64,000 bases of DNA, taken from sequence record KF620435; one strand, given 5' to 3'. Made by a program: the position numbers and the translations under genes. Positions 1 to 11,062 of this stretch are shown here, piece after piece. Source of the DNA: Shigella phage pSb-1. The notes beneath the pieces are model-generated. The model made no database searches. It had not been told where the DNA came from and saw only the letters and a list, made by a program, of their open reading frames with translations. The stretch's first letter is position 1. Each line of letters opens with the position of its first letter.

Positions 1-198
1 TGAACGGAGTACCTACCGGAATCTGACCTAACACCTGAAGACGATTCACTTCGTTAGCAATGGTGTCATAAATACCATTCTCACGTTGTTCGTGAATGGT
101 GTGGAGTAAGCCACGATTCTGATAAAGAGCATCTTTACTGGCAGCATCCCATGTCGAGCTAATAACACCTAATGTAGCTTGTCCTTCTTGAGTAGACT

Positions 199-954
199 TT
201 AAGTCGTCAATTTCGGTTGCAAAATCTGCTTCGGTGTCTGTAACACGGTGTTTGCCACCTGGTAATTAATTTCCTCATCAGGATTAAAGTCCAGAGGATC
301 TGTACCAGAGTCTTTCAACAACTTTTTAATGGCTTCGGGATTCTTCTTATCCAGGTCAATCAGGAAAGAAAGTTTTTCCTCATCCATTAAACCGTTGTTC
401 TGTAACATCAGCATTACCTTACGGTACGGCTGAAGTTCTTGCATCTTACGAGTATAGTTAGCACCCATCTGCATCAGGCTAATGGCCTCCTCCGGTGAAC
501 GGGGAGTAATCATTTTGCCGTTAGCTTTAAAAGGAGCCATCAACTTCTCATAACCTTCCTTATAGTTGAAGTCAGCAGGCAGACCTTCAGACTGTTTGCC
601 TTCTTCTTTCTGTTCCTGGCCTGGTTCAGCAGTAGAAGGTTCAGCTTTAGTAATCGGCTCACCGTTACTATCAACTTCTGTGTCAACAACTTTATCATCA
701 ACTTTATCAGAAGTTAAAGAATTTGCTGAATCATCTTCAACTGGTTCAGTCTCAGGGGAGGTTTCTTCGGTTGGTAGGTCTTCAACAGCAGAGGTGTCAA
801 CTTCTTCATCAGGAGTCTGTACGCCGTTGGTTTCTGGGTTGTTCTGAGTGGAAGTATCTTCCTCAGCAATAATAGCTGGGGCTTCCATATTCAGAATCTC
901 ATCATCCGACATTGCGAGAATGTCGGAAGCTGTGGTTGCAGCTTCCGTAGTCAT
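199..954 (-). CDS. acidic late protein (scaffold- or virion-associated?); frame-linked to a partial ORF running off the window start
   Basis: 251-aa ORF, Glu/Asp/Thr-rich low-complexity N-terminal half; sits downstream of portal in late block. Confidence 0.4.
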   Translation of the reverse strand: MTTEAATTASDILAMSDDEILNMEAPAIIAEEDTSTQNNPETNGVQTPDEEVDTSAVEDLPTEETSPETEPVEDDSANSLTSDKVDDKVVDTEVDSNGEPITKAEPSTAEPGQEQKEEGKQSEGLPADFNYKEGYEKLMAPFKANGKMITPRSPEEAISLMQMGANYTRKMQELQPYRKVMLMLQNNGLMDEEKLSFLIDLDKKNPEAIKKLLKDSGTDPLDFNPDEEINYQVANTVLQTPKQILQPKLTT

Positions 955-973
955 AGGAAATATCTCCGGTTAA

Positions 974-1318
974 TTATTCGTCTTCAGGTTCAGCACGAAC
1001 TGCGTCGAGTTCTTCTTCTACCTGTAGAATAACGTCAGCTTCATTCTCACCCATACGAATGGCAAGGTCGAGCCAACGACGTAAGTGACCAGCAGCTTGA
1101 GCCATGTTCAGTGCATCTGCACGGTTATTAGGTTCAAGCAGTGGGTCACCAGACTCCTGCACGTAACGTGCACAATCTTCTACACAGAACTGGCGAAGGA
1201 TTACTTTACGGAACAGTGGATTCTCCAGAAGTTTACGTACATCTTCTGCGTGTGCAACTGCACCTTTAGCAGCTTCCAGTCGATGTTCCAGTCCTGCGAT
1301 TGTTGATTCTTTACTCAT
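974..1318 (-). CDS. hypothetical late protein
   Basis: 114-aa ORF tightly packed between portal and acidic protein genes. Confidence 0.4.
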   Translation of the reverse strand: MSKESTIAGLEHRLEAAKGAVAHAEDVRKLLENPLFRKVILRQFCVEDCARYVQESGDPLLEPNNRADALNMAQAAGHLRRWLDLAIRMGENEADVILQVEEELDAVRAEPEDE

Positions 1319-1331
1319 GTGAAGGTCTGCC

Positions 1332-3602
1332 TTATAGGTTCATACCAAGAGCCGATGCTGGGTCTTGGCTAGGGTCATAATACTGGGAACTGAGTGAATA
1401 AGTCGGATCTTGCTGTGCAGCTAAGTCACGTTCCTGTAAAGAGTTCCCGTTAGTCAAAGCGTTATATCCGACAGCAGCAGATATGTTGGGGGTAGTTTCA
1501 CCTTCTTTAGTAGGTGTTGTCAACGCCTTAGTTATTTGAAGGTTCTGGTTTCCTTGAGATTGTGCTTTTTGTTTTTCCATATCACGAGCATGTTTAGTAC
1601 CAGATTCCTGTTCCAGATAATCCAAATCTTTGAGGTCACCACTAGAAGCTGCTTCTTTAGCCTTAGCCATATTGAGTGCAATCTTACTTTGTAACTCTTC
1701 ATTCTCAAGCTGTGCTTTCTGAATTGCCAATTGCTTAAGCTGTTCTTCCATAGGGTCTGGCTGTGGTTTCCAGGTACGTAATTCATGAGCAAGGTCTGGC
1801 ATACGTTTAAGTTCTGCAATCTTAGCTACAAGAGATAACGTAATAGTCTGATCAACTGTATTACCTAACGTTTGAACCATGAAGCTCAGGTCCTGAGATT
1901 TCTGGTTATCAATTTCAGCAGTATTAATATCAACCTCAATATCGAAGTTACCTTTAAGGTCTTCACGGTTAATTTCTACATACTGCTCATTAGTAATACG
2001 TACTACTTCTTTCTCAGATAAGAACACAGCATTCATTGCACAAATCTTAGTACCAATGTCTGCCATACCCTTAGCTAATCGACGAAGGATTGCCATCTCA
2101 CGTTTGGATGCTGCATCGAGTGCACCACGAATACCAGCAGCCACATCTCCGTAAGCTGCACCAGTTACACCACCAGAGAATGCTTTAACACCGGTTAGTG
2201 CTTCAGCTTCCTGGTTCTGCATCTGAGTCATCACTATTGCTGACTGAGGTAACTCAGGGAACTTGTGTTCCATAATGGCCTGGCTAGGATTACCCTGCAT
2301 TGGGTTATACTCATAGTCTTGCCCGTCATCATATCGACGTCGATTCAGAGTATCTAACATCCCTTTAGGGTAACCACGTTGTCCGTTTGCACTTCGACCT
2401 AACAGGTCAATCATCCCACGCATAGTTGCACCAAGAATTGCCTGGTTATCACCTAACAGCTCAGCATCAGCTTCACCAAAGAGTTCACGTTTACGGGGCA
2501 TGTAGGGAACAACTACCAAAGGTAACTTACCATCCGGGAATGGGTTCTTCTCCATACGAATAAGGGTGGAACCAATCCAGGTAGCTACAATTGGTTCCAG
2601 TGAACCATCATCATTAATGTCGTAAAATCCCCAGTATTCATAAGCAACAACTTTCTTACGAAGTGCATCCTTAAACTGGAAGTCACTAGGAGTTTTACTC
2701 TCATGGTCTGGGTCAGTCATAGGACTAGAACTTTCCCAGTCAATCTTATCCAGGTTGTGATAACGGTCCTTATTCTTCATTAGGTCTGCTTTGCAAGTCT
2801 CAAATGAGATAACTGCATACAGAGCCTTATCCAAATCGCCATTACAGCTTGGGTCAATAACTACGTTATTAGGGTTAAGCATTTCAACAGTAGGTCTGTT
2901 AACCAGTGCCTTCTCTATCTCTACCTCAGTAACTCCTGTCTGGATTGCATAGGTAGCTTCCCCAGTTTCATTGAAGTAGTTAACAGCTTCCTTAATATCT
3001 TCCGGCATCGTTTCGTCATATTCACGGGGATTCTCTGCCTGAAGCTGTAAAGCCTGCTGAAGAATATCTGCTTGTTCCTGGTTCTCAATTGGATACAACT
3101 GGAAGACCGGAGTTTCTGTTTTAATCTTAACAGTCTTACGTTCCCAACCAATGCGAGCAATACCAGTACCATCATCCACGATACTATGTACGTAATCATC
3201 CACCAGTTTTACTTTATTAAGCTGGGTACGGAATTGGTAGTTAAGAACTAATTCATTCTGACGTGCAGCTAACTCATCCTCAAAAGTAACAGGGGTTACC
3301 TTAAAGAGTTTGTTGGATGAGAGGAATGGTTCAGACAATGGTGCATAACGCCATTCTGCCTGACGGCGAACCAGTCTAGGTTGGACTTGTGAACGTCCTT
3401 TAACCTTTGGGGGTTTAGCCTTACCTTTGACTTCCATCAGGTCATTCCACTCACGAATCTGTGCCATGATTGCATCGTGAGCAGGTTTAGCAGATTCCAA
3501 ATCACCCTTGAGTAATTGGATACTTGGTTCCTTCTTCCAATCCGTTAATTTCTCTGATTGAGCCGGGTCTGGTAAAGGCTTAAAAGTGTCTTGGTGTTCC
3601 AT
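1332..3602 (-). CDS. portal protein (N4 gp59-like)
   Basis: 756-aa intact ORF in late block; size and position match N4-like portal; no specific motif read. Confidence 0.55.
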   Translation of the reverse strand: MEHQDTFKPLPDPAQSEKLTDWKKEPSIQLLKGDLESAKPAHDAIMAQIREWNDLMEVKGKAKPPKVKGRSQVQPRLVRRQAEWRYAPLSEPFLSSNKLFKVTPVTFEDELAARQNELVLNYQFRTQLNKVKLVDDYVHSIVDDGTGIARIGWERKTVKIKTETPVFQLYPIENQEQADILQQALQLQAENPREYDETMPEDIKEAVNYFNETGEATYAIQTGVTEVEIEKALVNRPTVEMLNPNNVVIDPSCNGDLDKALYAVISFETCKADLMKNKDRYHNLDKIDWESSSPMTDPDHESKTPSDFQFKDALRKKVVAYEYWGFYDINDDGSLEPIVATWIGSTLIRMEKNPFPDGKLPLVVVPYMPRKRELFGEADAELLGDNQAILGATMRGMIDLLGRSANGQRGYPKGMLDTLNRRRYDDGQDYEYNPMQGNPSQAIMEHKFPELPQSAIVMTQMQNQEAEALTGVKAFSGGVTGAAYGDVAAGIRGALDAASKREMAILRRLAKGMADIGTKICAMNAVFLSEKEVVRITNEQYVEINREDLKGNFDIEVDINTAEIDNQKSQDLSFMVQTLGNTVDQTITLSLVAKIAELKRMPDLAHELRTWKPQPDPMEEQLKQLAIQKAQLENEELQSKIALNMAKAKEAASSGDLKDLDYLEQESGTKHARDMEKQKAQSQGNQNLQITKALTTPTKEGETTPNISAAVGYNALTNGNSLQERDLAAQQDPTYSLSSQYYDPSQDPASALGMNL

Positions 3603-3604
3603 AG

Positions 3605-4132
3605 TTATTCCTGTTCAAAAAGTTTACGGTCAGCCTGAATCTGTTTACCCAACTCAATTAGTTGGCTGTCACGGAGTCTAACAGTTGCCCTGAGTTCTTC
3701 AACCAAACGTCTGCCTTCTTCAAGACTGTTGTCGAGTCTGGCTGCATGGCTTGCAAGACTTCTGCACTCAAAGGTTCCGGCTTCGGCTTGACGTTTATAT
3801 ACCGATGCTCGTCTTTCAGACTGTTGCATCCGGCTGTCATAATCACTGCTAACGCGAGCAAGCTCGCTTGCGTAATTACTCTCAGCCGTCTGCAACCGGG
3901 AAGTAAGTAACCCAACTTCATAACTATGGTTTCTTTGGAGAGCATTGTATTTGTCCTGTAATTTTTGTATTGCCTTCTGATCTTCAATCTTTTGGTCATC
4001 CCACTTCTTTTGAACAGTAGACTGTCCGTTGGAATTACCCCAAAAGTAAATGGTGGCCCCGAGGACCACCACCAGAAGATAAGGCCAACCTTTAGAGATT
4101 AGCATCTTCATTACATGCCTCCAGCGGCACAT
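3605..4132 (-). CDS. i-spanin (Rz-like)
   Basis: N-terminal TM segment ([16 protein letters not shown]) followed by long coiled-coil; contains embedded out-of-frame lipoprotein ORF. Confidence 0.6.
   Translation of the reverse strand: MCRWRHVMKMLISKGWPYLLVVVLGATIYFWGNSNGQSTVQKKWDDQKIEDQKAIQKLQDKYNALQRNHSYEVGLLTSRLQTAESNYASELARVSSDYDSRMQQSERRASVYKRQAEAGTFECRSLASHAARLDNSLEEGRRLVEELRATVRLRDSQLIELGKQIQADRKLFEQE
3658..3921 (-). CDS. o-spanin (Rz1-like lipoprotein) embedded in i-spanin gene
   Basis: alternate frame inside Rz; signal peptide with lipobox ([12 protein letters not shown]); start chosen at internal Met. Confidence 0.5.
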   Translation of the reverse strand: MKLGYLLPGCRRLRVITQASLLALAVIMTAGCNSLKDEHRYINVKPKPEPLSAEVLQAMQPDSTTVLKKADVWLKNSGQLLDSVTAN

Positions 4133-4727
4133 TGCCTATTCGGTTAGCTACCCAACCATACGTAAAGTCTGGCATGTTTAATGAGGTGTAGTGGTTCAGT
4201 TGTTTAGCATCTAATAACTTAATCATTACCTGACATGCTGCAACTTTGCCTCGTTTTTTCTGTAATGCTTTATATGCATTAACAGTACTTGTACCGACTT
4301 TACCATCAACCTGTATTTTAGGGTAGTCTTTGCCATCACGGGACATTTCATTAAGAGATAACTGCAACCACTTAGCAGGACGAGTTACACCTGTGTTAAC
4401 ACCAGCATCCACCAGCTTATGTGTTACAGCAGGAGATATATCAGCGAAGGCTACGAAGTTAGGCTTAAGTACGTAGTCATCAATGTATATCTCAGCAGCC
4501 ATCTCTTTAGATAAACCTTTCATAGAACCATCCCAACCATACTCGGTAGCCAGAACTTCTTTATGAGTCTTAGCTACAGATTGGGTAATACCATGATTAG
4601 TTTCCCCACCTGGGTCACGAGGATTGTTTACATATCCCCCTTCCATATAAAACACTGCCCCCAGGATAGCAGCGATAACTCCTCCCACTGCACCACCTTT
4701 CGCAGCAAGTTTCTGTTTAGCTTTCAT
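4092..4727 (-). CDS. SAR-type endolysin, GH108 N-acetylmuramidase with PG_binding_3-like C-terminus
   Basis: EGGYVNNPRDPGGETNHGIT signature of glycoside hydrolase family 108; Gly/Ala-rich N-terminal signal-anchor-release-like segment. Confidence 0.8.
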   Translation of the reverse strand: MKAKQKLAAKGGAVGGVIAAILGAVFYMEGGYVNNPRDPGGETNHGITQSVAKTHKEVLATEYGWDGSMKGLSKEMAAEIYIDDYVLKPNFVAFADISPAVTHKLVDAGVNTGVTRPAKWLQLSLNEMSRDGKDYPKIQVDGKVGTSTVNAYKALQKKRGKVAACQVMIKLLDAKQLNHYTSLNMPDFTYGWVANRIGNVPLEACNEDANL

Positions 4728-4977
4728 GTGAATCTTCCTTTGGTCGGAATCGTATTAATCTACCTACAATATTTAAGGCAAACAGTGCGATTGCAATATT
4801 GGAACCATGGGGAATATCTTCTAGGATGTGACGAGGTAATCCTGTCAGCATTGGTTGAATGATATCTATGGCAGAAAACATAATTAAACCAAACGTACTA
4901 ATCTGAATAGATGCCCACTTCCAGCACCTTTTCCAGTTAGGTACTAACTCTACCCTTCTTTTTAACCTGCGAACCAT
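4717..4977 (-). CDS. holin-like protein (two predicted TM helices)
   Basis: small protein immediately upstream of endolysin; two hydrophobic helices; GGGAG RBS before internal Met. Confidence 0.45.
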   Translation of the reverse strand: MVRRLKRRVELVPNWKRCWKWASIQISTFGLIMFSAIDIIQPMLTGLPRHILEDIPHGSNIAIALFALNIVGRLIRFRPKEDSHES

Positions 4978-5291
4978 GCGAATATCTCCCGTCTTGCAGC
5001 AGCCAATACACCAATAATTGCACCTGCCCCAGCCCACACCCACTTACCGAAAATTCCAGCACCAACAACTTTATGCTTAATGGTGATGAACTCTTCAATA
5101 GTAGGTTCATTCTTAGCTAGACTATCCTCCACATTCTTTAGTCTGTTACCTATGTCATTGATTGAATCCCGTAGTTCTACCAGAGTTTCCTCCAGTTTCT
5201 CACGGTCCTGCCTGTCTCTTGCCTGGTTATCAAACAGAGTCTTCAATCGTTCCTCCAGTCTGACTAGAAGCAGTTCACCTGATTCATTCAT
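4962..5291 (-). CDS. membrane protein with coiled-coil and C-terminal TM helix (holin/antiholin partner?)
   Basis: 109 aa; first gene of lysis cassette; GAGIFGKWVWAGAGAIIGVLAAA hydrophobic C-terminus. Confidence 0.4.
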   Translation of the reverse strand: MNESGELLLVRLEERLKTLFDNQARDRQDREKLEETLVELRDSINDIGNRLKNVEDSLAKNEPTIEEFITIKHKVVGAGIFGKWVWAGAGAIIGVLAAARREIFAWFAG

Positions 5292-5415
5292 AATATTACC
5301 GTAGTTATGTAGTTAGGAATCCCGATAGGGTTGTATCATAAGATGACTCCTAGATAATACTTAGTATGATGGAGTACATCCAGACATAGTGTCTGGTATT
5401 AACTACGAGGTAACT

Positions 5416-6042
5416 ATGTCTATTAAAGATATTTTCCAAAGTGGTAGGGATGTTGTATGCAAAATGAAGGGTGGTTTGTTGGTCGTGGGAAGTTATGGAG
5501 AACGAATAGTTTCTGCTAATAATATCTCAGAGCTTCCACCAGAACTGCTACCCATCCCACCAACAGAGTTAGAAGATACTTTCCTTCTGGACTTGTATAC
5601 ATGGACTGGGAACCAAGCAGTAAATGATCAGTCCTGGTTCAATTACTTTTCATTACCAGGGATAACTAAATCACCCGGAGGTACAGCAGCCTTAACTATT
5701 GAAGAGGGTAATCTTAAGTTCCCTGTCAGAACCAGGAATACCCAAGTAATGTTCAGTGTTCGTATCTCGGGAACTATTGCAGGGGGTGCTGGTACAGCCA
5801 GGGAATGGAGAACACAAACAAGACGAATCAATGGAACTACAGTAGTAGGTTCAGACGCTAGTGTTAAAGTACAAGGTACGGACATTGCTAACAGAGATAA
5901 CGTACTAGCTACTTACACGCTTGGTTCAATGGACCCTTTCATGGTAGACGGTATTCAGTTGGGTATGCTTAATATCTCAGGACAAGTGATCACCTTAACA
6001 GCAGTATCGGTTAGGGTAATGCAAACTGTAAACTCCATATAA
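5416..6042 (+). CDS. hypothetical protein encoded opposite to the late block
   Basis: plus-strand ORF with GAGG RBS, flanked by divergent intergenic region (5292-5415) and convergent hairpin terminator. Confidence 0.45.
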   Translation: MSIKDIFQSGRDVVCKMKGGLLVVGSYGERIVSANNISELPPELLPIPPTELEDTFLLDLYTWTGNQAVNDQSWFNYFSLPGITKSPGGTAALTIEEGNLKFPVRTRNTQVMFSVRISGTIAGGAGTAREWRTQTRRINGTTVVGSDASVKVQGTDIANRDNVLATYTLGSMDPFMVDGIQLGMLNISGQVITLTAVSVRVMQTVNSI

Positions 6043-6066
6043 AAAGTATTATTAATAAGTAAAAAC

Positions 6067-6086
6067 TAACCCCGCCGAAGCGGGGT
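6067..6086. terminator. bidirectional hairpin terminator (AACCCCGC-CGAA-GCGGGGTT)
   Basis: GC-rich 8-bp stem; T-tract on minus strand side; sits between convergent genes. Confidence 0.6.
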
Positions 6087-6094
6087 TTCAAACA

Positions 6095-6559
6095 TCAATA
6101 AAGCACTTCCCATTTACCGTCTCCGGCTGAGAATAAGGTAACAAACTTACCTGCTTGTATCGTTTTTGCCGATGATATATTTATGTTTCCACCAGGCTCT
6201 AGAATTAAAGTATTAGCGGTATCTGCTCGCAGCATAACTTTTCTCCCCCGTACATAAGCACCAGAGTTTTGTATGGTTATATTGTTTACGTCTGCCGCTC
6301 CGTTTATTTGAATTATATCTCCAGCTGAGGGTATGCTTAGGGTGGCGCCGGATGCTGACACTCGTGAGTCGTTCATTGGGTCCCATCGGGTTACGTTGTT
6401 AGCAATGATAACCCTTCTACTCTGTGTAAAAATATCATCGGTAATACCAACCGAATTGCAGTTGTTTCCGGTGACAACAACATCATAGCTATTAGGGTCA
6501 ATTTGGATGGCGTACTTCTGACCGCCTCCACCACCTTTAAAGCTACCGTTAGAAACCAC
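6095..6559 (-). CDS. tailspike, C-terminal fragment (frame-broken continuation of 6571-7638)
   Basis: GTG-initiated ORF whose frame is open upstream into the preceding ORF; frames differ by one base. Confidence 0.4.
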   Translation of the reverse strand: MVSNGSFKGGGGGQKYAIQIDPNSYDVVVTGNNCNSVGITDDIFTQSRRVIIANNVTRWDPMNDSRVSASGATLSIPSAGDIIQINGAADVNNITIQNSGAYVRGRKVMLRADTANTLILEPGGNINISSAKTIQAGKFVTLFSAGDGKWEVLY

Positions 6560-6570
6560 TATGCCTTTAC

Positions 6571-7638
6571 TTAATCCGGTGAACGCATATCCACCAGTAC
6601 CTTGTGGACCAATACTTCAGCTTGCAAATCAGCTGGCGATTTACCTTTTAGATTTCCATGAGATATGAAACCGCTTAACGTGAACTCTTCACACGCATTA
6701 ATTTCAAAGCCTAACCACCCATTAGAGTGCGATATATCACCATTTGAACTTGAACTACGGCAGTCCCCAAAATCGAAACCAACACCAGTGTTGTTATACG
6801 ACACATTGCCCGTCGACGTTATAAACGTGCCATTATAAAGCATTCCCTGGTGTGACGTTGTTGTGCCGTTGTTATAGCTTCTGTTGTTTGAAACTATTGA
6901 GTGAGACGTCTGGCAAACAATACCGTTTTGACCGTTGTTATGAGACTTGCACTCGGAGATCAATACCTGGTCAGCTACCGGTGTCGACGAGTTAGTGATG
7001 AACTGAATAGTAATTCCGTTTCCGCCGTTATCATGCGCATGAACTTTCGATATAGTGACTGGCGAGGTAGTAAACGTAGCGTTAGATAGCACAAGCCCGT
7101 CAGAATACGCGGATTGAATTTCGGTGTCCTTTATAGTTTCACCGCGAACATTTCTCAGGTAGATACCATAACCAGAGCGAGTGCCGTCAACTAAACAGTT
7201 AGCTACCGTGTTACCACCGCCGACTGGGGTATCGCGTATTGTTATGCTGTGGCCTCCCGAAGCCTTTGATACTACACGGTCCAGCACAACACCTGTGCGA
7301 CCATTAATCATAATGTTATTGGCAGCTGAAGAACCGGACGTTCTTGTTCCATCTATAGTTACATTTACAATCCTTACGGAGTTAGTATTGACTTGTATTA
7401 AGTCTTCAGTTGTATCACTTTTGCGAGAAATGAACCCAGGACCAAACACATCGCATGTAACACTGATGGTTGTTACTTTATATTCAATATTTGGATTTAG
7501 TTTTACAAAAAAACCATTTGTAGTCGCATAGTCTATTGCTGTCTGCAATACGTCCTGATCTGATAATGATGACCGTCTAAAAATCTCAGGATCAACGCCT
7601 GACATAAAATAGAACCTTGGGATTATTTCACTTCGCAA
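6571..7638 (-). CDS. tailspike / tail fibre with right-handed parallel beta-helix repeats
   Basis: repeated [11 protein letters not shown] / [11 protein letters not shown] / [10 protein letters not shown] type motifs typical of pectate-lyase-like beta-helix. Confidence 0.5.
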   Translation of the reverse strand: MRSEIIPRFYFMSGVDPEIFRRSSLSDQDVLQTAIDYATTNGFFVKLNPNIEYKVTTISVTCDVFGPGFISRKSDTTEDLIQVNTNSVRIVNVTIDGTRTSGSSAANNIMINGRTGVVLDRVVSKASGGHSITIRDTPVGGGNTVANCLVDGTRSGYGIYLRNVRGETIKDTEIQSAYSDGLVLSNATFTTSPVTISKVHAHDNGGNGITIQFITNSSTPVADQVLISECKSHNNGQNGIVCQTSHSIVSNNRSYNNGTTTSHQGMLYNGTFITSTGNVSYNNTGVGFDFGDCRSSSSNGDISHSNGWLGFEINACEEFTLSGFISHGNLKGKSPADLQAEVLVHKVLVDMRSPD

Positions 7639-7751
7639 TGAAGCATCACCAACACTAACCCACTTACCTAACCCAGTACCCCCAGCACTTTCAGGAGTTG
7701 AACCGGAAGAAACGATTTTAGGTAACTCACCCTCCCAGCGATACTTACCTC

Positions 7752-8111
7752 CTATATGATAAGTAGTTCATTTTTAGCATTAAGGGTAGCACCTGTATCA
7801 AATGATCCAGGTAATGTAACGTATTCTTCTCGAGATACGGCTAACTCCCCAAGGTCTACAGAACCAGCTGAATGTACAAGTACAGCATTAGCACCAAGAC
7901 TAACAGCAGTAGTACCTGGGGCAATACCAGCAGGTAGTGAATAGGATCTTTGCGTTTCTTTGTCATAAATGACTTTATACCCACCTAAATCTACGCCAAC
8001 TGAGAAGTAAACAACCTCAGACTGTTTAACACCAAACCTACGGGCAATGGCTTGTTTATTGGTAAGAATACCAGTAGAGCCTTTACCACCTTGTGAGAAC
8101 ATTTCGTTCAT
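7752..8111 (-). CDS. tailspike N-terminal fragment (frame-linked to 6571-7638)
   Basis: 119-aa ORF; downstream ORF frame open across the junction with a 1-nt offset. Confidence 0.35.
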   Translation of the reverse strand: MNEMFSQGGKGSTGILTNKQAIARRFGVKQSEVVYFSVGVDLGGYKVIYDKETQRSYSLPAGIAPGTTAVSLGANAVLVHSAGSVDLGELAVSREEYVTLPGSFDTGATLNAKNELLII

Positions 8112-8161
8112 AAGAACCTCTTTGTTTTTCTAGGAAACCCCTCCGAAGAGGGGGTTGTTTA

Positions 8162-8479
8162 TCAAGCGTAACTTAATTCAACTACAGCACCAACGCCAAC
8201 AGTACCTGTAAAAGTAATAGTAAGGTTGCTAGAGTCAGCTGCAATTGCAGTTACAACTGCTGCTGCTGCACCACTACCTACTTGAATTTGATTATCAAGC
8301 TTACTACTTACTACAGTATTATCAGCACACATGAAAATAGCACCTATTGCTAATCCATTACCGTTGGTGGTTTTAATACGCAAGAACTCTACTAAGGTAC
8401 TGCCAGTCTTGTTGAAGTTAGGGAACACTTCTTTAATGCGATACATAGGTATCTGGATAGTAGTACTGGGACTAGCCAT
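8162..8479 (-). CDS. hypothetical tail-associated protein
   Basis: 105-aa ORF in tail gene cluster. Confidence 0.3.
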   Translation of the reverse strand: MASPSTTIQIPMYRIKEVFPNFNKTGSTLVEFLRIKTTNGNGLAIGAIFMCADNTVVSSKLDNQIQVGSGAAAAVVTAIAADSSNLTITFTGTVGVGAVVELSYA

Positions 8480-9341
8480 ACCAACTTAGAATAGGGGATG
8501 AGTATGGGGAACCTGTAGCACTTGGAGTAGTAGTATAAGAGGGAGCCGATGCTCTTCCTTCCTGCAAAACACCATCCCTGTATCTACGAATTGCCCCACC
8601 GATACCAAGTTTTACATCAAGATAATTACCAATAGTACATACTGATTGTGGAACACCTTTAGAAGAACCATTCCAATAATTACTAATATCGATTTCTACA
8701 ACATTATCCGAACCAGTGACATTAGCAAGTCGGTACTTCTGAGTCCTGAAACGACCACATAGCTTAACAATAGCCCCGGTAGTACCCTTCACTACAGCAA
8801 CATAGTTAGTATTATCAGTAGTATCATCGTAAGTACTAAGGTAGGCATCAACTACCCCACCATCAACGTTGATGTATTCTACCGTAGCGTATTCTGCACC
8901 TAACGTACCTGTAACATTAGAATTGATAAATGTATAAGAAGCTAACGTAGCATGGTCTACAGCAGCCATAGCAAAGTTTGAGTAGTCTACGCCGTTCAAA
9001 TAAAAACCAGAACCACCCGGTGAATTAGCGTAGTACCCATCAAACAGTAGACTGGTAGCGGATTGTGCATCTGCAATAGGTACTCCTTCAGCATTTGTAC
9101 GTGTACCATCATAGAAGCAAGAGTGGGAAATAGTATCATTGCCACGAATGTCTTTGTGTGTTCCACGCCATGCATTCTTACACCAGATATCATATAAACA
9201 TCCACGGAAATTTATATTCTCTGTGCTGTAATTAGTAGCACTTGGGATGTAAATACCAACTGGACGGTCACCAATGGGAGCCTCGTTACACCAAATATCT
9301 ATGTTCTTAATTTGGAAGTAACGCACGGTCTCAGTGGCCAT
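8472..9341 (-). CDS. tail fibre/appendage protein, C-terminal fragment (frame-linked to 9428-11062)
   Basis: frame open upstream to 9467; junction at C5 homopolymer near 9436-9440. Confidence 0.4.
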   Translation of the reverse strand: MATETVRYFQIKNIDIWCNEAPIGDRPVGIYIPSATNYSTENINFRGCLYDIWCKNAWRGTHKDIRGNDTISHSCFYDGTRTNAEGVPIADAQSATSLLFDGYYANSPGGSGFYLNGVDYSNFAMAAVDHATLASYTFINSNVTGTLGAEYATVEYINVDGGVVDAYLSTYDDTTDNTNYVAVVKGTTGAIVKLCGRFRTQKYRLANVTGSDNVVEIDISNYWNGSSKGVPQSVCTIGNYLDVKLGIGGAIRRYRDGVLQEGRASAPSYTTTPSATGSPYSSPILSWYG

Positions 9342-9427
9342 GAATACGCAGTTAATGTTAGCAGGAGCATACCCACCAAAAACAGGTATTAAAGAAGTAA
9401 TGCCTGATTTAGTGGATGTTCTTTTTG

Positions 9428-11062
9428 CTACACGACCCCCTGATAAATCAATTTTAAAGTGGGAACCTTAAGTAGTATGGGTGCATCAATCACAAATCTC
9501 TTACTTGAGTCTGCGGAAAAGATTCGGTTGAGGGAGTTAAACATTCTCTGGAATGCATCGGAAGAATCAGCAATACCTGTTGTGTCATCCCCGGTATAAG
9601 AGATTGCACCAAAATCTTCTACAGTAGCATTATTGGTATCTACCCGTTCCCAATACCAGTTTGAATTTACTGTCGCAATCACCCCACCATCATCGTCTGG
9701 TACTTCAGACATACCTGTAGTAGAACGAGCAATAAATTCACCACCACCAGTATCACTATTATCATAGTACCCAGACAAAAGGACACGTGCACCAGCTGAA
9801 GGTGGAACCAAAGTTCTTAGAGCAGCGAATGACTGCACACGTCCGATATTGGTAAAGCCAAGAGGAGAATTTAAACTATTTTCTAAAGTCTCCAAAGCAG
9901 ACAACGCTTCACTAGGCATTGGCAATAGGTCAACTGTGATATTCCCTGGTGAGTAAGTTAACTGACCGTTGGATACAGAATTGATATAAACGTTAGTAGG
10001 TAGAGTAGGAAGACCATAAATCTTCTGCCCTACCACATCATATATGACCTTCATACCATTCAAATACTGAGTGGTATTCGTACTCAGAATAACATCATTC
10101 TCATGTACGTTAGCAGAACGAGCTACTTCCTGAACAGTACGGTCAGACATAATGAGCGTAGTGGATTCACCACCAATCTGAATAATCAGACGGTCATTAG
10201 TAGCTAATGGCTCAGTTAATAGGATACGTTGGTTAGCAGCATCAACCGCATAAGACTTGTCTGCTAAACCTGCATAATAACGTTCGCCATTCTTATAGAT
10301 AGCCGGTACAGATTCAAATGTGTAAGGAATAGCAATTACTTGCTCACCACCTGAAGCATACCCACCGTTGTACAACCAGTTGATCTGAACCCAGTCAGAT
10401 ACATTAGGATTATCAGGAACTGCTGGAGTACCAGTCAGGAACAGGTGTACTTCATCACCTGGTTCTAATGGTTGAGCCAGAGTAACGGTTAGTGTAGATG
10501 CATCGTAAGTAAAACCATAGCCAACTAAGTTGGTATAGCCATCAATTACAATCATCGGTACACCAACCGTACCAGCAGGCACTGGGATAGTGGTTTCACC
10601 ACCGATAGCAGAACCATTATTATATGAGTATGGAATGTATGGAGGTGATGCTTTACCTTCGCCGTCATCTCCACCACTATCTGAATTAGAAGTGGCAACC
10701 AGAATCCAGGAACCAGTAGCGGAAGGGTCATCTGGAATTACACCTGTACGGTCACCTTCTACATACAGATAATCTGTAACAACTCTTTTATTGGTATTGT
10801 CAAAACCATACAGTCGTACATAAGATGCACTGGTAGGTATGGCCTTCAGTTCAGTTTCTGATTGAACACCTAACACCATTCCATATTTATTTAAGAAATC
10901 ATAAATGAGTTTGAGGTTACCTAGGTTGCAGTACACAGTACGAACCACATGGTAAGCATTACCAAGTAATGCATCTACCATTGGGTCATTGGAACTGTTC
11001 TGGCAGTAAGGATTGGTCCAATCCTGCTTTGCATCAAAGGGGGTATGTGCGTTCATCGCCAT
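9428..11062 (-). CDS. tail fibre/appendage protein, N-terminal part
   Basis: 544-aa ORF, Gly/Ser/Thr/Asn-rich, position in tail cluster. Confidence 0.45.
   Translation of the reverse strand: MAMNAHTPFDAKQDWTNPYCQNSSNDPMVDALLGNAYHVVRTVYCNLGNLKLIYDFLNKYGMVLGVQSETELKAIPTSASYVRLYGFDNTNKRVVTDYLYVEGDRTGVIPDDPSATGSWILVATSNSDSGGDDGEGKASPPYIPYSYNNGSAIGGETTIPVPAGTVGVPMIVIDGYTNLVGYGFTYDASTLTVTLAQPLEPGDEVHLFLTGTPAVPDNPNVSDWVQINWLYNGGYASGGEQVIAIPYTFESVPAIYKNGERYYAGLADKSYAVDAANQRILLTEPLATNDRLIIQIGGESTTLIMSDRTVQEVARSANVHENDVILSTNTTQYLNGMKVIYDVVGQKIYGLPTLPTNVYINSVSNGQLTYSPGNITVDLLPMPSEALSALETLENSLNSPLGFTNIGRVQSFAALRTLVPPSAGARVLLSGYYDNSDTGGGEFIARSTTGMSEVPDDDGGVIATVNSNWYWERVDTNNATVEDFGAISYTGDDTTGIADSSDAFQRMFNSLNRIFSADSSKRFVIDAPILLKVPTLKLIYQGVV

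Noticed and set aside
566-5304. Short plus-strand ORFs antisense to late genes (566-847, 1085-1306, 3662-3910, 4563-4862, 5080-5304)
   Set aside because: They are fully nested in longer minus-strand genes with low-complexity translations; only the Rz1 alternate frame (minus strand) has a credible signal.
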